Origin: Enoplolaimus lenunculus
Lineage: Eukaryota
DNA length: 64,000 nt
Assembly: GCA_030248215.1 (NCBI GenBank)
Contig: JASANG010000611.1
Span: 620,001-684,000, forward strand
Reading direction: 5' to 3'
In this document: positions 38,547 through 57,145 of the stretch, in pieces
Layout: the number at the start of each line of letters is the position of its first letter
Numbering within the stretch: position 1 is the first letter of the stretch
Notes under the pieces: model-generated
Databases searched by the model: none
Seen by the model: the letters and a program-made list of their open reading frames with translations, nothing else
Told to the model about the DNA's origin: nothing
Position numbers and translations under genes: made by a program

Positions 38547-38715
38547 CAATGGTGGATCCATGGGGGGGCACCCCGGCCGTGGCCCCCAACAGCATCTCGA
38601 CAAAAATATACTTAGCAATTTTGTGACAATTGTTCGTGGCTTGTGTGTGGGACAAAAGTAAGTTTATTACTTGTGAAATTTTGGCCCCCATTTTGAGATC
38701 CTGGATCCGCCACTG
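38547..38715. mobile_element. hAT-like MITE (CAGTGGCGGATCCA family)
   Basis: 8-bp TSD CGTGTTGT (38539-38546, 38716-38723); TIRs CAATGGTGGATCCA / TGGATCCGCCACTG. Confidence 0.9.
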
Positions 38716-41700
38716 CGTGTTGTATATATCAACTGTCGCCTATAACCCTAAACCAAAACTAAGCTATACTACAGCAGTCAAATGAGGAACATGCAAAATC
38801 CCAATGCCAACGATAAGCTACAAGGCACACGCAAGGAGGTAGCAACTTCAAAGCGCTCCGTGCAGAACAATCTGAGAGGTACGGGTCCTCAGAATATAGC
38901 GTAAGACGTGCTGCACAAACCGTAAACCGCTACAGCTGGCAAACAGCACCGATTTCACCTAAAACGTTAACAAACAAGCTATGGTTGACTGCCAATAAAA
39001 TGAACTTTGTCAAATTTTAAAGCTGGTATATTTGGTAAGTCGCACCGACAACCATAACCAACAATATCACAACTGAAATTACTTTGGCACCAAGCGTTAA
39101 GTAGATCGAGTCCATTAGGGCCATCCCTTTTTCAGGCAGGACACTACTAAATGACTAGCGTTCGATTTTAGACTATTTTTAGCTTTAGGCTTAGTCTCAA
39201 TACAGGTCCGTAGCCAGCTCGTTTTTGATGGGGCGGCTAAAAAATTTTCAGAAGGAACGTACAAGGGTTTTCTTCGACTTAAGCAATATATTCAGATATG
39301 GCTTAGCTTAGCGTTAGGCTTAGTCTTAAACGTTTACTTTGGCTTAAGCTTTAGGCTCTCTATATTTGTTCAAAAATTATATTGTTTAATTCAGTGCACT
39401 CGATAAAACTCGTACACTCGTCAGTCTGAACATCATATCGAATGCAAGCTAAAGAATTAGATAAAACTAGATATAGAAACCAATTATGCTGCAGCTTAAG
39501 CGCAGTAATTGTTAATTTTGAGTTCAAAACTTCCAACACAAACTGAAATAGCTTTGATATATAATTGCTGGCACCAAGGATGGTTCGTTCACTGCAATAA
39601 ATCCTGGGTTCATTAGCGAAATAAACAGTAAAGCTTAGTCAACTGCCTGGTGCTATTGCTGTTATTGACAATATAATAGATTCTTCTATCCATGTTCAAA
39701 TACCTTAGCCTCGATAATTAGATCATACACCTAATCAATTACTATACGGCTGGTAGCTGCGTTCATGACAACTAAACTTTGAAAACTAATGTTTTAGCTA
39801 GTGGTACCGAACAAATTTTAGTATCAAAGAAAAAACAGGAATCCATGGGGGCCACTCATGCCGCGGATGTCCAACAGTGTTTAAATCTAAAATTTTGTGT
39901 TAAAATTTAGGGTACACTAAAATTGCGTTTGGTTTCTTGTTTGCGAACCTCTTTTGCTATTATATATCACTTGGCCCCTCGTCAAAAATTGCCAGATCCA
40001 ACACTTCCCAGTACCATACGTGACGCTGTGTGCGTCAGCAGCCTTGGTGAACTGTGAAACGAAGCAAACCTATGAATCAAAAACTCTTTAAAGCGTTAGG
40101 TAATATTGCAGCGTAGATAGAATTCTATTTCGGAAAAGTACAAACGTCATGTGAAAGAAAATGTTTTGGTTTATATGAATCTAGAAGGTTATTCTAAAGC
40201 GTGTCAAATATGTGTTTGTTACCTATCTGTACATTCGAGAAGGGATACATACCCTCTATCCTTCCTGTTGCGCATGCCTATGTAGAAACATTATCTGTGA
40301 GATAACTAACTATACAGTGTTACTGGTGTCAAATTGATTTTGCGCGTGTCATTACAGTGTAAAGTCGTTTGTTTTTCATAGAAAATACTGCGCTTTCGCC
40401 AAGAAAACACACTGAAGAGATTAATTAAGTGACCAAACAAAGCTTCGACCATTGTCGATTATTAACGCGTGTGTTAATTATTTGACTGATTTTTGGCGTA
40501 AAATTTCAATTAATCTTTCAAAACCAACTCTACATTAATTATTCAACATTTTCTAAATTTAGAATGGTCTCAGAAGAGCGATTAGGAGCACGTATAAACT
40601 AATGTTAAATAGTCAAACATAAATCTGAGATAAGAATCACACTGAGGAGGCTGCAAAACTGGGAAGGCAAACGCAATGTTAGTACTAAACGCGGAATTTT
40701 GTTCATCTCTGGTGAGAGTCTAGGTTTAGGCGGCCGCGTTTAGAATAGCGGATTTCCCTACCGGAACCGGAATTCCGGTTGCATCCTGGTTAGTAGATTT
40801 GAGTAAAGTAGTCTGCGCTCATTATTTTATGTAAGGACATAGCCAAATAGTGTTTCGATTTAAACCAACACCTTTCTTGGTATATATATATATATTTTCA
40901 GTGTTTTTTAGTTGGAAATGCAAAAATGTCTTCGAAATTTTTTATAGAACGTAACTTTTGTTCTCAAAATGCTTACTAGGTACGCCTGTTTAAAAATTTT
41001 TCCAACGCGTAGAGTTATACGTGCTTGGTATAATTAAAAATTTTGGGCCGTTTTAATGCATCATTTTTATTTAGTGTGGTATTAACTTAGTTTCGAGCAT
41101 TTTCAGTTTGTTCGCGGGATAGATCTACTTTACTCGATAAGTTGGACACAACTATCAAAAATGCTTCCTCGTCAAACTTTAACGACTAAATGGTGGTACT
41201 GCAGGACCGTAACCAGGTTACTTTGCTTGAGGGCCGAAGCCAAAAAGTTATTAGCAGGAGTTTATAAGGTTTCTTGATGACTTACACGTGAGAGAAGTCG
41301 AAGGCGTTCGAGTGGTGCCATAATTTTGCCCGAGGGAATAAAACCCGTTCTTCTGGCCCTCCTCCAGCCACGCGTCGGAAGAACTAGCTTTTGTACCATT
41401 GCGGTAAGAAAGATAACATACAATGAACCCGTGACTACACGAATCGCTTTGTTCTACAATATCGAGCTAGAATAACTTTCTTCTAAAAAGAAAGACTCAA
41501 ACTACGTATAAGCTTGGAACCGAAACAGGTGGGTTTGAGGCTGTTTTCAAACATGATTAAGTTTTAATGGTTGTAAAGACGTAGTATTAGAGTTTACTAT
41601 TGTTAACCAGTCAGTGCGAGTGTACACAGAAATGACAGGTTTGGTATAGCTACACTATTTACTAGCATTCGATATAAAGGTTTCGACAAACGAAATATAT

Positions 41701-43949
41701 ATTACAATACCAGATTAATATTTTAAACCCTGCGTGAGAAGTGTGCAGCCTCGCAAGTCGAAATTTTTACTAGAGAGCGCAGAAAGGGTTTTCGAGAACA
41801 CAACCAATGTTTCCCAAAACAGCTTTGCTATCCGTTGCATGTTTCTTGTAGCGCACAACATTATGAGTATAGCTATTGAAAAATTATGTTAGTTCTAAAT
41901 ATTGAGCAGTAAAAATGTAATCTTTGAAATAAAAAAATTATTTTCCTACTGGCAATTTTTTCAACTATTAATATTTTCAACCTTGTTTTTTGCGTTGTCC
42001 AAAAAACTCTAATTTTTAACGAGAAATCATCGACCGGAAAGGGTTGACAGGCTTAGCTCAATCCAGTGTGCGGTGCTGTCTTTATATTGAAACCTTTCAC
42101 CAAAAAACCACTGGGCATTCGATATCGCCCCAAATAACACTAAATCTTACAAAACGGGTGGAGAATAATAATGTTAAAACTTAGGTAAAAGCCGCTGCAA
42201 GAACTATAATGTGGTCAACAAATTTGAACCAAACAAAAACTGTCGTTGGCATTGAAAAACATAAAAGTTCGATTTCAGTTGAAATTTGCTAGTTCGCTTT
42301 CAGCTGAAATTTTCTATTTTTGTTAAAGATCGAACTGGAAATAAACAGCTTTTGTACTATTCAAAGCAGATATTTGTACCATTAACAAAACCAATGTTTA
42401 CGCAGTACAGATATGAACTATACAACCGCTAATAACTAAATTGGTTTAGGTGTCTGACGTCAAGTGCTTTTTGAACAGGTTAATAATTAATGTCTGTGTT
42501 ATGGTCACAAGTTGTTTGACTCAATTAGTGAGTATATATAATATATACACATATACATATACACGTATATATAAATATATCTATATATATATTATACAAC
42601 AGCACAGAGTTTCTTATATTGGCGGCCCAAATTTTTAAATGCAGTAGCACCAATCACCAGTTAAGTTGGTTCAAAAGTTAGAAGACCTATCACCAACTGG
42701 TAATAGGTACTCCATACATTTGACAATACGGGTTTAGGCGTTTAGGTGCGAACCAGGATTTATACAATAAGCCAACGTGACCTGTTTAAAGCGAGTGGAA
42801 CTTAAAGTTTTAATCAGATTACTGTAATTTGACTTATCCAACTACGAAACACAATGTGCTATCTACAAATGCCGTTTTCGTCTACACGATAGTATATTGC
42901 TAATTGATGATGGTTCTACACACATTTGACCATACGGGCACATAAAAGGCATTGTAAAAGATCTCAGAAAACAAAAACCATATCGTCAAAAACAATTCAA
43001 AACAAAAGACAATTGCATTGCAATAATTGTATATATTTTCAGGAAAAACGAACCTCTGACCAAATTTGATGACATAGCTATTAAACTCGATTTACGCTAA
43101 TTGCTGATCTAGTAACCGTTTTCGGTGGCAAATTTATTATTAAAAATTGTATGATAAGTAGCCCTGTTGGTTTTACATTGGGGGGTTACCGTTTTGAATG
43201 GTTTCAAATATGCATAAAGAGGGCGGGGGCAGCTGTAACTTACCCCCTAGGATTCGTAAAATATTTTCATATTGATATTTAGAGTAAAAAGCTGAAAAAT
43301 TTGCAACTGTAGCAGCTTTGTTTCTCATGAACATCATTTGCGCCCCCCAACCAACCCAATGTTTTGGACGGGTGGTACAATAGTGTGTGGTTTGTATTAA
43401 GGTTTATTGCGCAACTAACGGGTGACAATACGTTTCGAATATATTAAAAAATATTTGAATTAAAATCTTATATTTGACTCCTTGCATTAATTTTTGCGTT
43501 TTGGTCACAAACAATATTTTACCACGTTTAAACAAAAGGATATCGAAAGTTACGCAGCATAAAAGTGAAAGGGCATTTTTCGCAAAAAGTTAACAGATAT
43601 TAGCATTTTCTCACATGAATATTTCTATTTTATCTCAGACATACTTTCAAGCTGAGATTTGAGTCCATACTCTCGACTGGGTTCCATTTATAACTACCTC
43701 TCAGTGGAGGTTGACGTCACAGGCCGAGGGCTGACACATCTTTCGGAGCGTTTTGTACAACGTAAGTCTATAAGCAGCAATCAATTTACACTAAACAGTG
43801 TGGATATATTTCGCGTACACAGTTTGCGCTTAGTTGCTCATAGTTGACAACTTTATGTGACAGCGGCTCATGTTACTTCTGGAGCCGCCCAATTTTCTAC
43901 AGGGACTGCAAAGATAAGCTTTAAATTTTAGACTATATTTTTTTGTTTA

Positions 43950-44362
43950 CTGTAGTGGCCTGATTAAGAGAGCGGTAGTAAAGATGGGGTCCCCATTTTG
44001 AGTCCTAATAAATAAAATCTATGTCTTTAATTACAGTTCGTTAATAGATGCCGTAAGTCCAATATGAGTCCACGAAAACCAAAGCAAATGAACGGCCTAG
44101 ACTGCTCAAATATGTAGCAGACGCTCAGACAACCCGCATAAACTTTGATAAATACGGAATGAAAGTTAACAGACAAGGCAATAAACGAAAAAGTTTCAGA
44201 GCAAGTCAGTTCGGCGCAAAACAAGAAATATAAAAGAGAAGGGTGCTGGGTTCAACTAACAAGGAGTGAATTAAGAACAAAAACAGTCCTCAACCGAATA
44301 ACAAAGAGTATCCTCTGGAGAGAAAATAAAGATCTATCCACGTTTTATTTGGGTCACCACAG
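43950..44362. mobile_element. Diverged copy of the TA-flanked MITE
   Basis: Termini TA-CTGTAGTGGCCTGATTAAGA / TTTTATTTGGGTCACCACAG-TA; shares GGGGTCCCCATTTTGAGTCC with 36985-37435. Confidence 0.6.
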
Positions 44363-44677
44363 TAACTTAGGCTTAATTTTACACTTTTCAACGCTTCGGC
44401 TTAGGTTTTGGTTTCTGAATATGCTTAATCTGCAGTTAAGCCCCTAAACCAAACACAGGCCTGAAGAGTAAACTTTGGAAACGCAGGCACCCTATGTTTT
44501 GCATTAGATCGGCAAAATAATACGCTGGTACTAACAAATTTTAGTAAATTTACTAGCATGGCCAACGGATATTGCAATTGGCATATCAGTCGCTATACTT
44601 TCGCATTGCGTAAAATAACGACTGAATAGCAAAGGCCAAAATATTTTCTTGCTTGTTTCACTCGCCTTAGCAAATTC

Positions 44678-45293
44678 TTTATCAATATTCCGCAATGATA
44701 ATCCTGGATACGGCATAGTAACTTCTAGCTCTGCTCGCTCCGGCCACTTTTCGAGCATTTTCAATATTGTGTTTGGCTCTTGTACACTTCCTCCACGTTT
44801 AAAAGGTTAAGACTTATGCTTAGGCGAAGATTTATCAATATTCCGCAATGATAATCCTGAATACGGCACAGTAACTTCTAGCTCTCCTCGCTCCGGCCAC
44901 TTTTCGAGCATTTTCAATATTGTGTTTGGCTCTTGTACACTTCCTCCACGTTTAAAAGGTTAAGACTTATGCTTAGGCGAAGATTTATCAATATTCCGCA
45001 ATGATAATCCTGAATACGGCACAGTAACTTCTAGCTCTCCTCGCTCCGGCCACTTTTCGAGCATTTTCAATATTGTGTTTGGCTCTTGTACACTTCCTCC
45101 ACGTTTAAAAGGTTAAGACTTATGCTTAGGCGAAGATTTATCAATATTCCGCAATGATAATCCTGAATACGGCACAGTAACTTCTAGCTCTCCTCGCTCC
45201 GGCCACTTTTCGAGTATTTTCAATATTGTGTTTGGCTCTTGTCACTTCCTCCACGTTTAAAAGGTTAAGACTTATGCTTAGGCGAAGATTTAT
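44678..45293 (+). repeat. Four near-identical tandem copies of a 153-bp unit
   Basis: TTTATCAATATTCCGC begins at 44678, 44831, 44984 and 45137; the array closes with TTTAT at 45289. Confidence 0.97.
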
Positions 45294-45322
45294 GTTTAGG
45301 CATAAGTAAGCATTTCCCTATT

Positions 45323-45487
45323 CAGTGGCGGATCCAGGATCTCAAAATGGGGGGCAAAATTTCACAATAATAAACTTATTTTTGATCCACACAAACCACG
45401 AACTATTGCCATAAAATTGCTATATAATTTTTGTCGAGATGCTGTTGGGGGGGCATGGCCGGGGTGGACCCCATGGATCCGCCATTG
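45323..45487. mobile_element. hAT-like MITE (inverted relative of 38547-38715)
   Basis: 8-bp TSD TCCCTATT (45315-45322, 45488-45495); TIRs CAGTGGCGGATCCA / TGGATCCGCCATTG. Confidence 0.9.
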
Positions 45488-46246
45488 TCCCTATTAAGTA
45501 AAGCCTAGGTGTACAAAATCCTTCCTTTAAAAGTACGTATATTGAATTCAAAGTACTAAATGCAACATACAGTAGGTAAACAGTTAAAATTGTTTACTCT
45601 CTGATCTGACTATTGTTGTTTTTATTACTGTTTAAAACTGCTGTCAGTTTTTTTCACAGCGGCGTAACCAGGATGTGAATTCGATAGTGTATAACCTCAT
45701 CTAAAATAATTATTTTGACATCTATGATCCAGATTATCAGTTTAAAGACTGTTAATTGCTTTCCTACTTGATTCTTCATAAAGTTCAGGAAACGATATAT
45801 CCCCTATTTCCTTGGTTATATCCCTGTTTTTTTCAATGTATTTTATTGAGTTAAATTAACACTGCCATTACAGTTTAACTTTACCTGTAAACGCTGGTTA
45901 AAATTCAATTAAAAGTAACCATGACAACTTTAAACTGTTTTAGAAACATTACAGTTTATCAAAACTGTTGAGCTATAATTAAAAAAGTACGGTAGTGTAG
46001 AGAAAAAACGATTATCCCAAACGCTAAAAGGCATATTAGCCGAGGCCATAAGTGATTAACGGAAAGATGTCATCGTTGCAGTTAGAGCTTTTATGCAAAT
46101 TTATATCGCTGGAATATAAGGTTGTGTTAGTGCTGCTTAAAAAGTTTGTATAACCATTTTCTTCAGCTCCGCTGCCAGGAATGCTTACTCGAGTGAGCAA
46201 TAAGATTCCCGGAATTGGCAGAGCAAATTTTCATATCCTAGAGTTC

Positions 46247-46247
<1 letters not shown>

Positions 46248-46312
<65 letters not shown>

Positions 46313-46359
46313 TATTATTATTATTATTATGATTATTGTTATTATTATTATTATTATTA
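46248..46359 (+). repeat. (ATT)n microsatellite
   Basis: About 37 units with a few interruptions; a shorter (AAC/AAT)n tract lies at ~2118-2200. Confidence 0.97.
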
Positions 46360-49300
46360 TATTTAGTTAAAAAAATTTCGGCCAAGTATTAGGCGAAGCG
46401 TCTCGTTGGAAAAACGACATTTACCATCGTCCCCTTGGCGTTTGCAAGCTAGATTTTTTTACAATGATATAAACTTCATTCAAAGCTATTTTACTTGTAT
46501 TCATAGCGGCTATTCAAGTGGTCAAAAGGCGACGATAATAGCAAATCTTGAGTTGTAGAAATGTATCATAAAACAAGAATTGTATGTTTGGCCTATGCAA
46601 AGATCAGTGCAATGGTTGAACGTTTTTTGTCGGACTGCAATAGTATGACCTTTTAAGTAGCCACGTTATGTATATACATTGGCCATATGCTTTAAAGTTT
46701 TATGTTCAAATTTCAATTTTAATTCTTTATTGAGATTTGTTTGCGGTGTTTTACAATAGCGCTAAGCGTTGTCCCAGGACCTTTTTCTTTTTTGGTGACT
46801 CCGAAATAGTCCTGTTATAGTCACGTTTTCATACTAATGATTTTCAATAGTTAGTGTAATGTTTGCCACCTGCAAAACCTTGCCGTAGTAGCGTCAATCA
46901 CTTTGGTATTTGGTTTTTGTTAAACAATAAACAATAGATTTATTAAGGGCTTTAAGTTAAAAATGCATTTTACTTCGCCTATTCGGTAACAAAGCATTTA
47001 CTGATCACGCTGATTTGCAAAAAGTTATGACAAGTTTGCAAACTGTATAGCTCGAATATGCTGCTCATGAAGTACACTTCCCACACATTTGGATTGCAGT
47101 TCAGGTTTAGACAAAGCCTTAAGCTGCTTAGGTAAGTTTTTCCTAAACCTAAGCCTAGTAAACCTAAGCGTAAGTATGGGGAAAAAGTGTAGAAGAAACG
47201 AATTCGCGGTAATAAAAGTTATAACATACTATTGTGCTACTTCTAGCGAATAAAGTAAAAAACTTGAGATTTTTCACTAAATAAATAACTAAATATTTCT
47301 GTCTAATTCTCAATGAAGCAAAAATATGATCAAATATTTACACTTTGAATTTGCAATCGCGGACAACCATCATTATTCAAAGTTTTCAACACAAAACTGC
47401 ATTTTCATTTAAAATGATAACTTCAAATTTAAGCAACATTATATTGCTAAGCATGATCGCTGTCTAATGGTTTTTGCAACCAGTCAAGCACTAATAAAAG
47501 CTTATTGTTCGAAGCTGGCATGTGTAAGTGGTAACATTACATTTAAGATACTATTATACGATATAGAATCTCTACCTCCCTATCTCGCAAACCTATAGCA
47601 GCCACACACACAAAAAACAAACCTAATGTTTGGCAAATAATATCTGGTGAACACGAAAGCAGCGACAGTCTATTAGATGAAACTGTTCACAGAGCCAGAT
47701 GGCTGGCATTGACAGTAATAATTGTTCTCTGGTATGTGGGAAACTTTTAATCTTCTTTAGCACACAATGTGAAAGCCAGAACAACAACTACGAGGGGGCG
47801 AGGGGGCACTGAGCTCCCTGCAGACAATTTCGGCCTGATTAGCGAATTTTTTTTAAATAAATTAAAACAATTGTGATTGGAAAATTTTTATTGCCATTTC
47901 CTGCAAATCTTCGTGCCCCCTGCGAAACAATTTCACTGTTGCAGGGATATGACTATTATAAGTAGAGCTTTTCGTTGAATTTAGAGAGTCGTTCGATTGA
48001 AATATTACGACGTAGCGAAGAAGTTTTAGGGTGATTTTTATTTTAGAGATCATTAATACTAAATTGAAAAAACTGCTGATTAAGTTTAGCTGTAAATTTG
48101 GTAAAAATTAATTGGTTTACGTTGCAGTTTTCGCAATTGTTGTATGTTTTGGGGTCAACGAAAAATAAAACGTACGGCGACGGAATGGATTCAGACCGTT
48201 ATCAATTGAATTTACAAATGAATCAAGTGGAAAAGTTAGCATATGCCCGCCTTAACCTTTGTATTGAGACAAACTAAAAAGAAACCCACCGCAACTAGTT
48301 GTAGCATTGAAAATAAACAGGGGCGGTGATATGCAGAACCTAAGGAAGGGCGCATTCCCAAGCTGTATATAATAAGCGTTGTACAGTATTGTGCAATTAG
48401 CCTATTTTTTCACAGGGGTACGTTTGAAAAACGATTGACTACACGCTGAAAATGGCAGCAAAAACCTTGTTTAAGCGAAAAGTAAGTTTTTTTAATATTT
48501 TTTCAGAAAAAAGATCCAAAACTTACAAATTAATTAGAAAAAAATTTCGTTGGCTGGACCAATAGGAAGAAGATGGGGAGTGCCCGCATATCACCACCAT
48601 TGAAGATGACCACGGCTTAATACAAAGCTTAATATTAATAAATATATGATTTAATCTGTGACAGTTGCAACGAACTTAAATTTTAGGAGTTCCACATTTT
48701 TTGCTAAAATTACGGATATTTTACACAGAAAACTTCAGGAAGCAACAACTCACAATGGGGGCGTTTGAAATGTGTGGTTCACACGGTTTTCAGTGTTCTT
48801 GTATGTAAAGTGGCATTTCAGTCGGGCAGTTTGACAGGAAAGTTGCCAGAAAATTTGATAAAACATTAACTGACTACCATAATTTAAGCTTTGAGACATA
48901 GACACGCAATTTCAAAATTTATTTTAGCGACGTTGAGCGTGTCTTTAGCATTAATAATGCAACGCTAACAAAAATAACGATTTGTTGCTAATATAATCTA
49001 GCACTTGTAGTATACAATGCTTGAGCGATACTCAAGTTTTGTTAACAAAGTTTAGGCCCCACCTACCAACTGAAAAATTAATGCTAATTTTCAGCAAAAA
49101 TTTAGCATTAATCACTGCGAATACCGGTGAAACCAAACGCCAATTTAAGCCCGTGCAAAAATTAGGCCAAAGCGTTTCAAAATTTTAATATCATATGTTG
49201 CCGTACGTCGCGTCTGTTCCCGTCTGCGTTACCATCTATCACCGTTCGTTTAGCCAATTCCTTAACATCTACTGCTTTACTGATCTTGTATTTGGCTTCA

Positions 49301-51872
49301 AACACAAGCACCAATTACGTATACAGTTCTGCCGAATAATTTATTAATATTTTCATTAGATACTCGTGTACGCCAATAAATATTAAGCTTTCAGAATTCT
49401 GTGACGCAAATAGCTCTAAAGAAGCGTTCCACAAACAGATTCAGCGTATGCCTATAACTACGGGACAGTTCGCCTTTTCCGTGCGAATGTCTTCGCACAA
49501 TCTGGCCGAAACATATATCAACTGCATTAATTGGATTCCATGTTAATATAATTTTTTTGCTCCACCGACCAACCTGTATATAAACCTTTCTGCCACATCT
49601 AGTAACAATTTAATGGTTGTCTGTCTGATTTGGCGCTGCAAGCATTGCTTGCTCCTCCTACGCGAAGCCAAAATCTGAGTAAGTGAAAAGGAATGCATGG
49701 TACGAAAGGCATGATAATTGCAAAATTATAATATTCAAACCCGGAGGTGATACAACCCTTCGTTGAATAATTTGTATTCTGTTTTTATTGAAAGAATGGA
49801 ACATCCCGGAACAAATGACGTTAATCAGGATGCTATCGTGTATACGTTTGCGTCGAAAATTGGATCTCGATTTCGTTTTCGTTATACAGTGCCGGAAATA
49901 GCGTCAATTTAATACGCAGATATAGTTGTAAATCACGCAGAAATTACAAATTTTTCATTAAAGAAATGATGTAATTATTTGATTCGAAAAAAGATTAATG
50001 AAATTCATCCAAAATCTGCTAAATATTTAAATGCATCCAATATGTTGCTTTAAAATTTCAAACGTCCAAATGAGTGTTTGCATGCCTCAACTATTTTGGC
50101 AGAGAAATAAAACATCTTTGAAGCTTGTTCACTTCAATATCCGATTTTAGTTTCTGTTTTCGTTATTTTAATTTCTGTTTTCTGTTTCTACTTTCTGTCA
50201 TAAGCTTGCCTGTTTAATTTAATATTGTTGCATGCGGTGTTATGCATGGAAAAACTGCCATTTTACCCGAACCATGCATATCATGGTATAATCTCATAGT
50301 AAAAATAGCGGAAACAAAAACTGAAACGGCTAGTGATCAAAATAACATTAACGGAAACGGAAGACGGATAGCGAAGTATAAACATTTCAAAAAGAGTTAT
50401 ATTTTTCTGCGAATACAATTGAGGCGCGCATAAATTCACCGGTCTTTCAAAAATTTTAAAGGAAAAACGGCGGATGCATCGAAATTTTTAAAATCTTAAA
50501 TAAATTTCATAATTTTTATTTCATTTCGAACAATTGCAGCATATCTGTAACAAAAAATTGGGAGATATCTTAACGTAAAAAATAAACATATTTTCCGTTA
50601 TTTCTATGATGAAAACGGAAACGGACACCGATTTTCACAGGAAACGAAACGGAAACGAATATCCGGTTCCACCCTGATGTATGTATGTTGTCACGATATG
50701 CTACATCTCGAGCATTGTATCTTCAAATAGCGTACAATGACGCAAAACTTTTTAACTGTTGTAATATCAGACGCCTCAACGCACGTGAAATACCAAATGG
50801 AACCGCATAACAATTTATAAACAAAATTTTTTTAACTTCGGACGCCAAACGACAAGCACACGCACCATCTTTGTTTTGTGCATTTCATTCGTTTTAGTTG
50901 TGCATATGATACCGGTCATACTTCATTGCTCAATGTTACTGCGTCAGGAATTGGAGTAGACGCTATAAACGCTTAAAAAAGAAAAATCAGTGTTGTTTGT
51001 ACACAGCGAATATTTTGAACTTCAACGTGGTTTTAAACGAGGGCAATATAATGCTAAACCTAGGAGCTGGGGTTGCGCTCTACTTTCTTTCACGTCCGGT
51101 GCCGTCCGTCACTCGTATGGCGCCGTCCGTTACCGTGCGGGATCGTACGAAAATAACTCACGTGCGACAACGTATGGTGACGAACGGCGCCGGCCGGCTC
51201 CGGACGTCAAGTATAGACACAACCCTTAGACTCGGTAGCGCTAGTTAAATGCTGGGCATATATAAATTGCAATATGGAGTAAAAATCCTTACGAGAGTAA
51301 GCTAGTGCTTAGCTGATAACTTTATGTTTATTGTTTTACTTTAAAATCATCAATTTTATAAAAACAACGTCTTTGTTAGAACCGAACAATCCTGATAATG
51401 TTTAATATACTGCACGACTTTACAAATTGTATAAACTGCAAACAAGTCTATCTAAATCAGATTTATAATATTCAAAATTACTGCGTATAATTCAAAACGC
51501 AATTAATCCTGCCTGTTTATTCTTTGAAAAATCATCCATTTTGAGAGTGAATTTCTAAGTTTTTTATAGCCAGTGGCACTGCCAGGAATTTCAGCTCTTG
51601 AGCAGCGGATGGTCGTCGCTTCTATAAAATTATACATACAAACGTTCTTCAGCAGTTATAATCCTTCGTTCTCACATTTACGCTTAATCTTAAAAAATTG
51701 TTTTGCCTCATCTATACTGACAATTCCTTGTTGTGTCGGTCGACTACATTTTCATACCATCAACATGTCTTGTTCCTCCTCTTGTGATGATGATATCGAG
51801 GATGACGAACGATGCAATTCAACGTTCGCTTCTATCGGAGATTGTAGCGAAAAGTCGCCACCAGTTGCTCCT

Positions 51873-55657
<3,785 letters not shown>

Positions 55658-57145
55658 TCATATGTAGTTGCTTGCGGCTGTTTTGATGATGTTGTAGCAC
55701 ATTTGCCCATTCGAACAAGTTTGACTATCTATACACAAGATGACTCTCATACAGGATAAAGTACCCAGTCTCCCTGACCCTTTCGGAAGCTGCTTGTTGC
55801 GAAAATTGTTAGTTTAATAGGTGAAGTTAAATTCATTTACACATAGAACAGTTAACAATGAGTTCTATGAGAACAAACAATCCAAGTTTCACAATTTTAG
55901 TTTTGAGTTGGACATGTTGAAAAATAGGTCGGCAGGTTTCAAATGAAATTATAAGTTATGGCAATTTTGTTCTTCATTTGCTGATTAAATGCTGAAACAA
56001 AATGTTTGTACTGTTATGGTGCGTTTAACACGATTGTTTTGTGAGTATTTCGAGGAAAATTATTTCGTTTGCTATGTGTTGTTTTCACCAAAAACCAAAA
56101 ATAAAACTTTATCAGAAACGTTTTTTGAAATTTTAAGCAACATCAATCAGAAAACGTTTTTTGTAAGTGGACAAACGCTGAAATGAATCGCTTGTTTAGC
56201 AAAAACGCGTCTATCAAAACTTGAAAACGGTTTTGTTTCTGGCACTATTTTCGGTTCAATTATTTCTGGAAAAAATTTCAGCGACAAGAGCTAAAACGAC
56301 GCGCGCCACAGCGCGTTGAATCAAGGTCATTCTTCACATGACACTCATAACAGCAGCGGACACTGAGTATACTATTAACACAACAAAAAACGAACACACA
56401 GTAGTATCATAGCAGATGTACTGGTAAAAAATACTTAGCCATATATCTTAGGCTGACTTTGCAGTGTTTAATATAAAATAGACTTTTCGATGCTGGCAAG
56501 AGCTATATTATACATTCTCGATCTAATTTAGAAATGAAGTTTTACTTCTAAAAGCCGTTCTATAAAATAATGTTGTGAAATTAATTTGATTTTCTCAAAA
56601 AAATAAGTCTGCGTTGACTACACACTTCAGCTTAAATAAGTCGCAACTAAAATTCTCCCATACCAACGTCGTATTTGTACATTCGAAGTTAATTTCCTTT
56701 AGACTCTTCTGATTAAAAAAGTTTATTTAAACATCGGTTCATAAACCTATAAAGTTTGCAGTTGACCTTTTGCAACTTATCTTTATGCCATACTCACGTT
56801 GGACTAATTGCAACAATACGTCAAAAACAAAGGCAACGGCAGGCTTGAAGCCTAGAAGACCAAATATGCTATCGGTCGTCAAATTACAATTCTGATTATG
56901 TTATTATAGAAATAATAATTTAAATGTCAAACAATTTGTGTTCACTATTTTCTATTTCATCAGACACTTATTTTCAAGCTTGGATTTGAATCATGCCACT
57001 TGTACATCGGGCGGGATACGTGTACCATCCCGTCACCACTAAACTGTAACGCTTATGTCCAAATCCAAGCATGTCCTCAAGTTTTGTAGGGATTTTGTAA
57101 AACACATATGTGCGTTAAATGTTAAACATTATAATATGCATTGTT

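Noticed and set aside
46181..46385. Poly-Tyr and poly-Asn ORFs
   Set aside because: Translations of the (ATT)n microsatellite.
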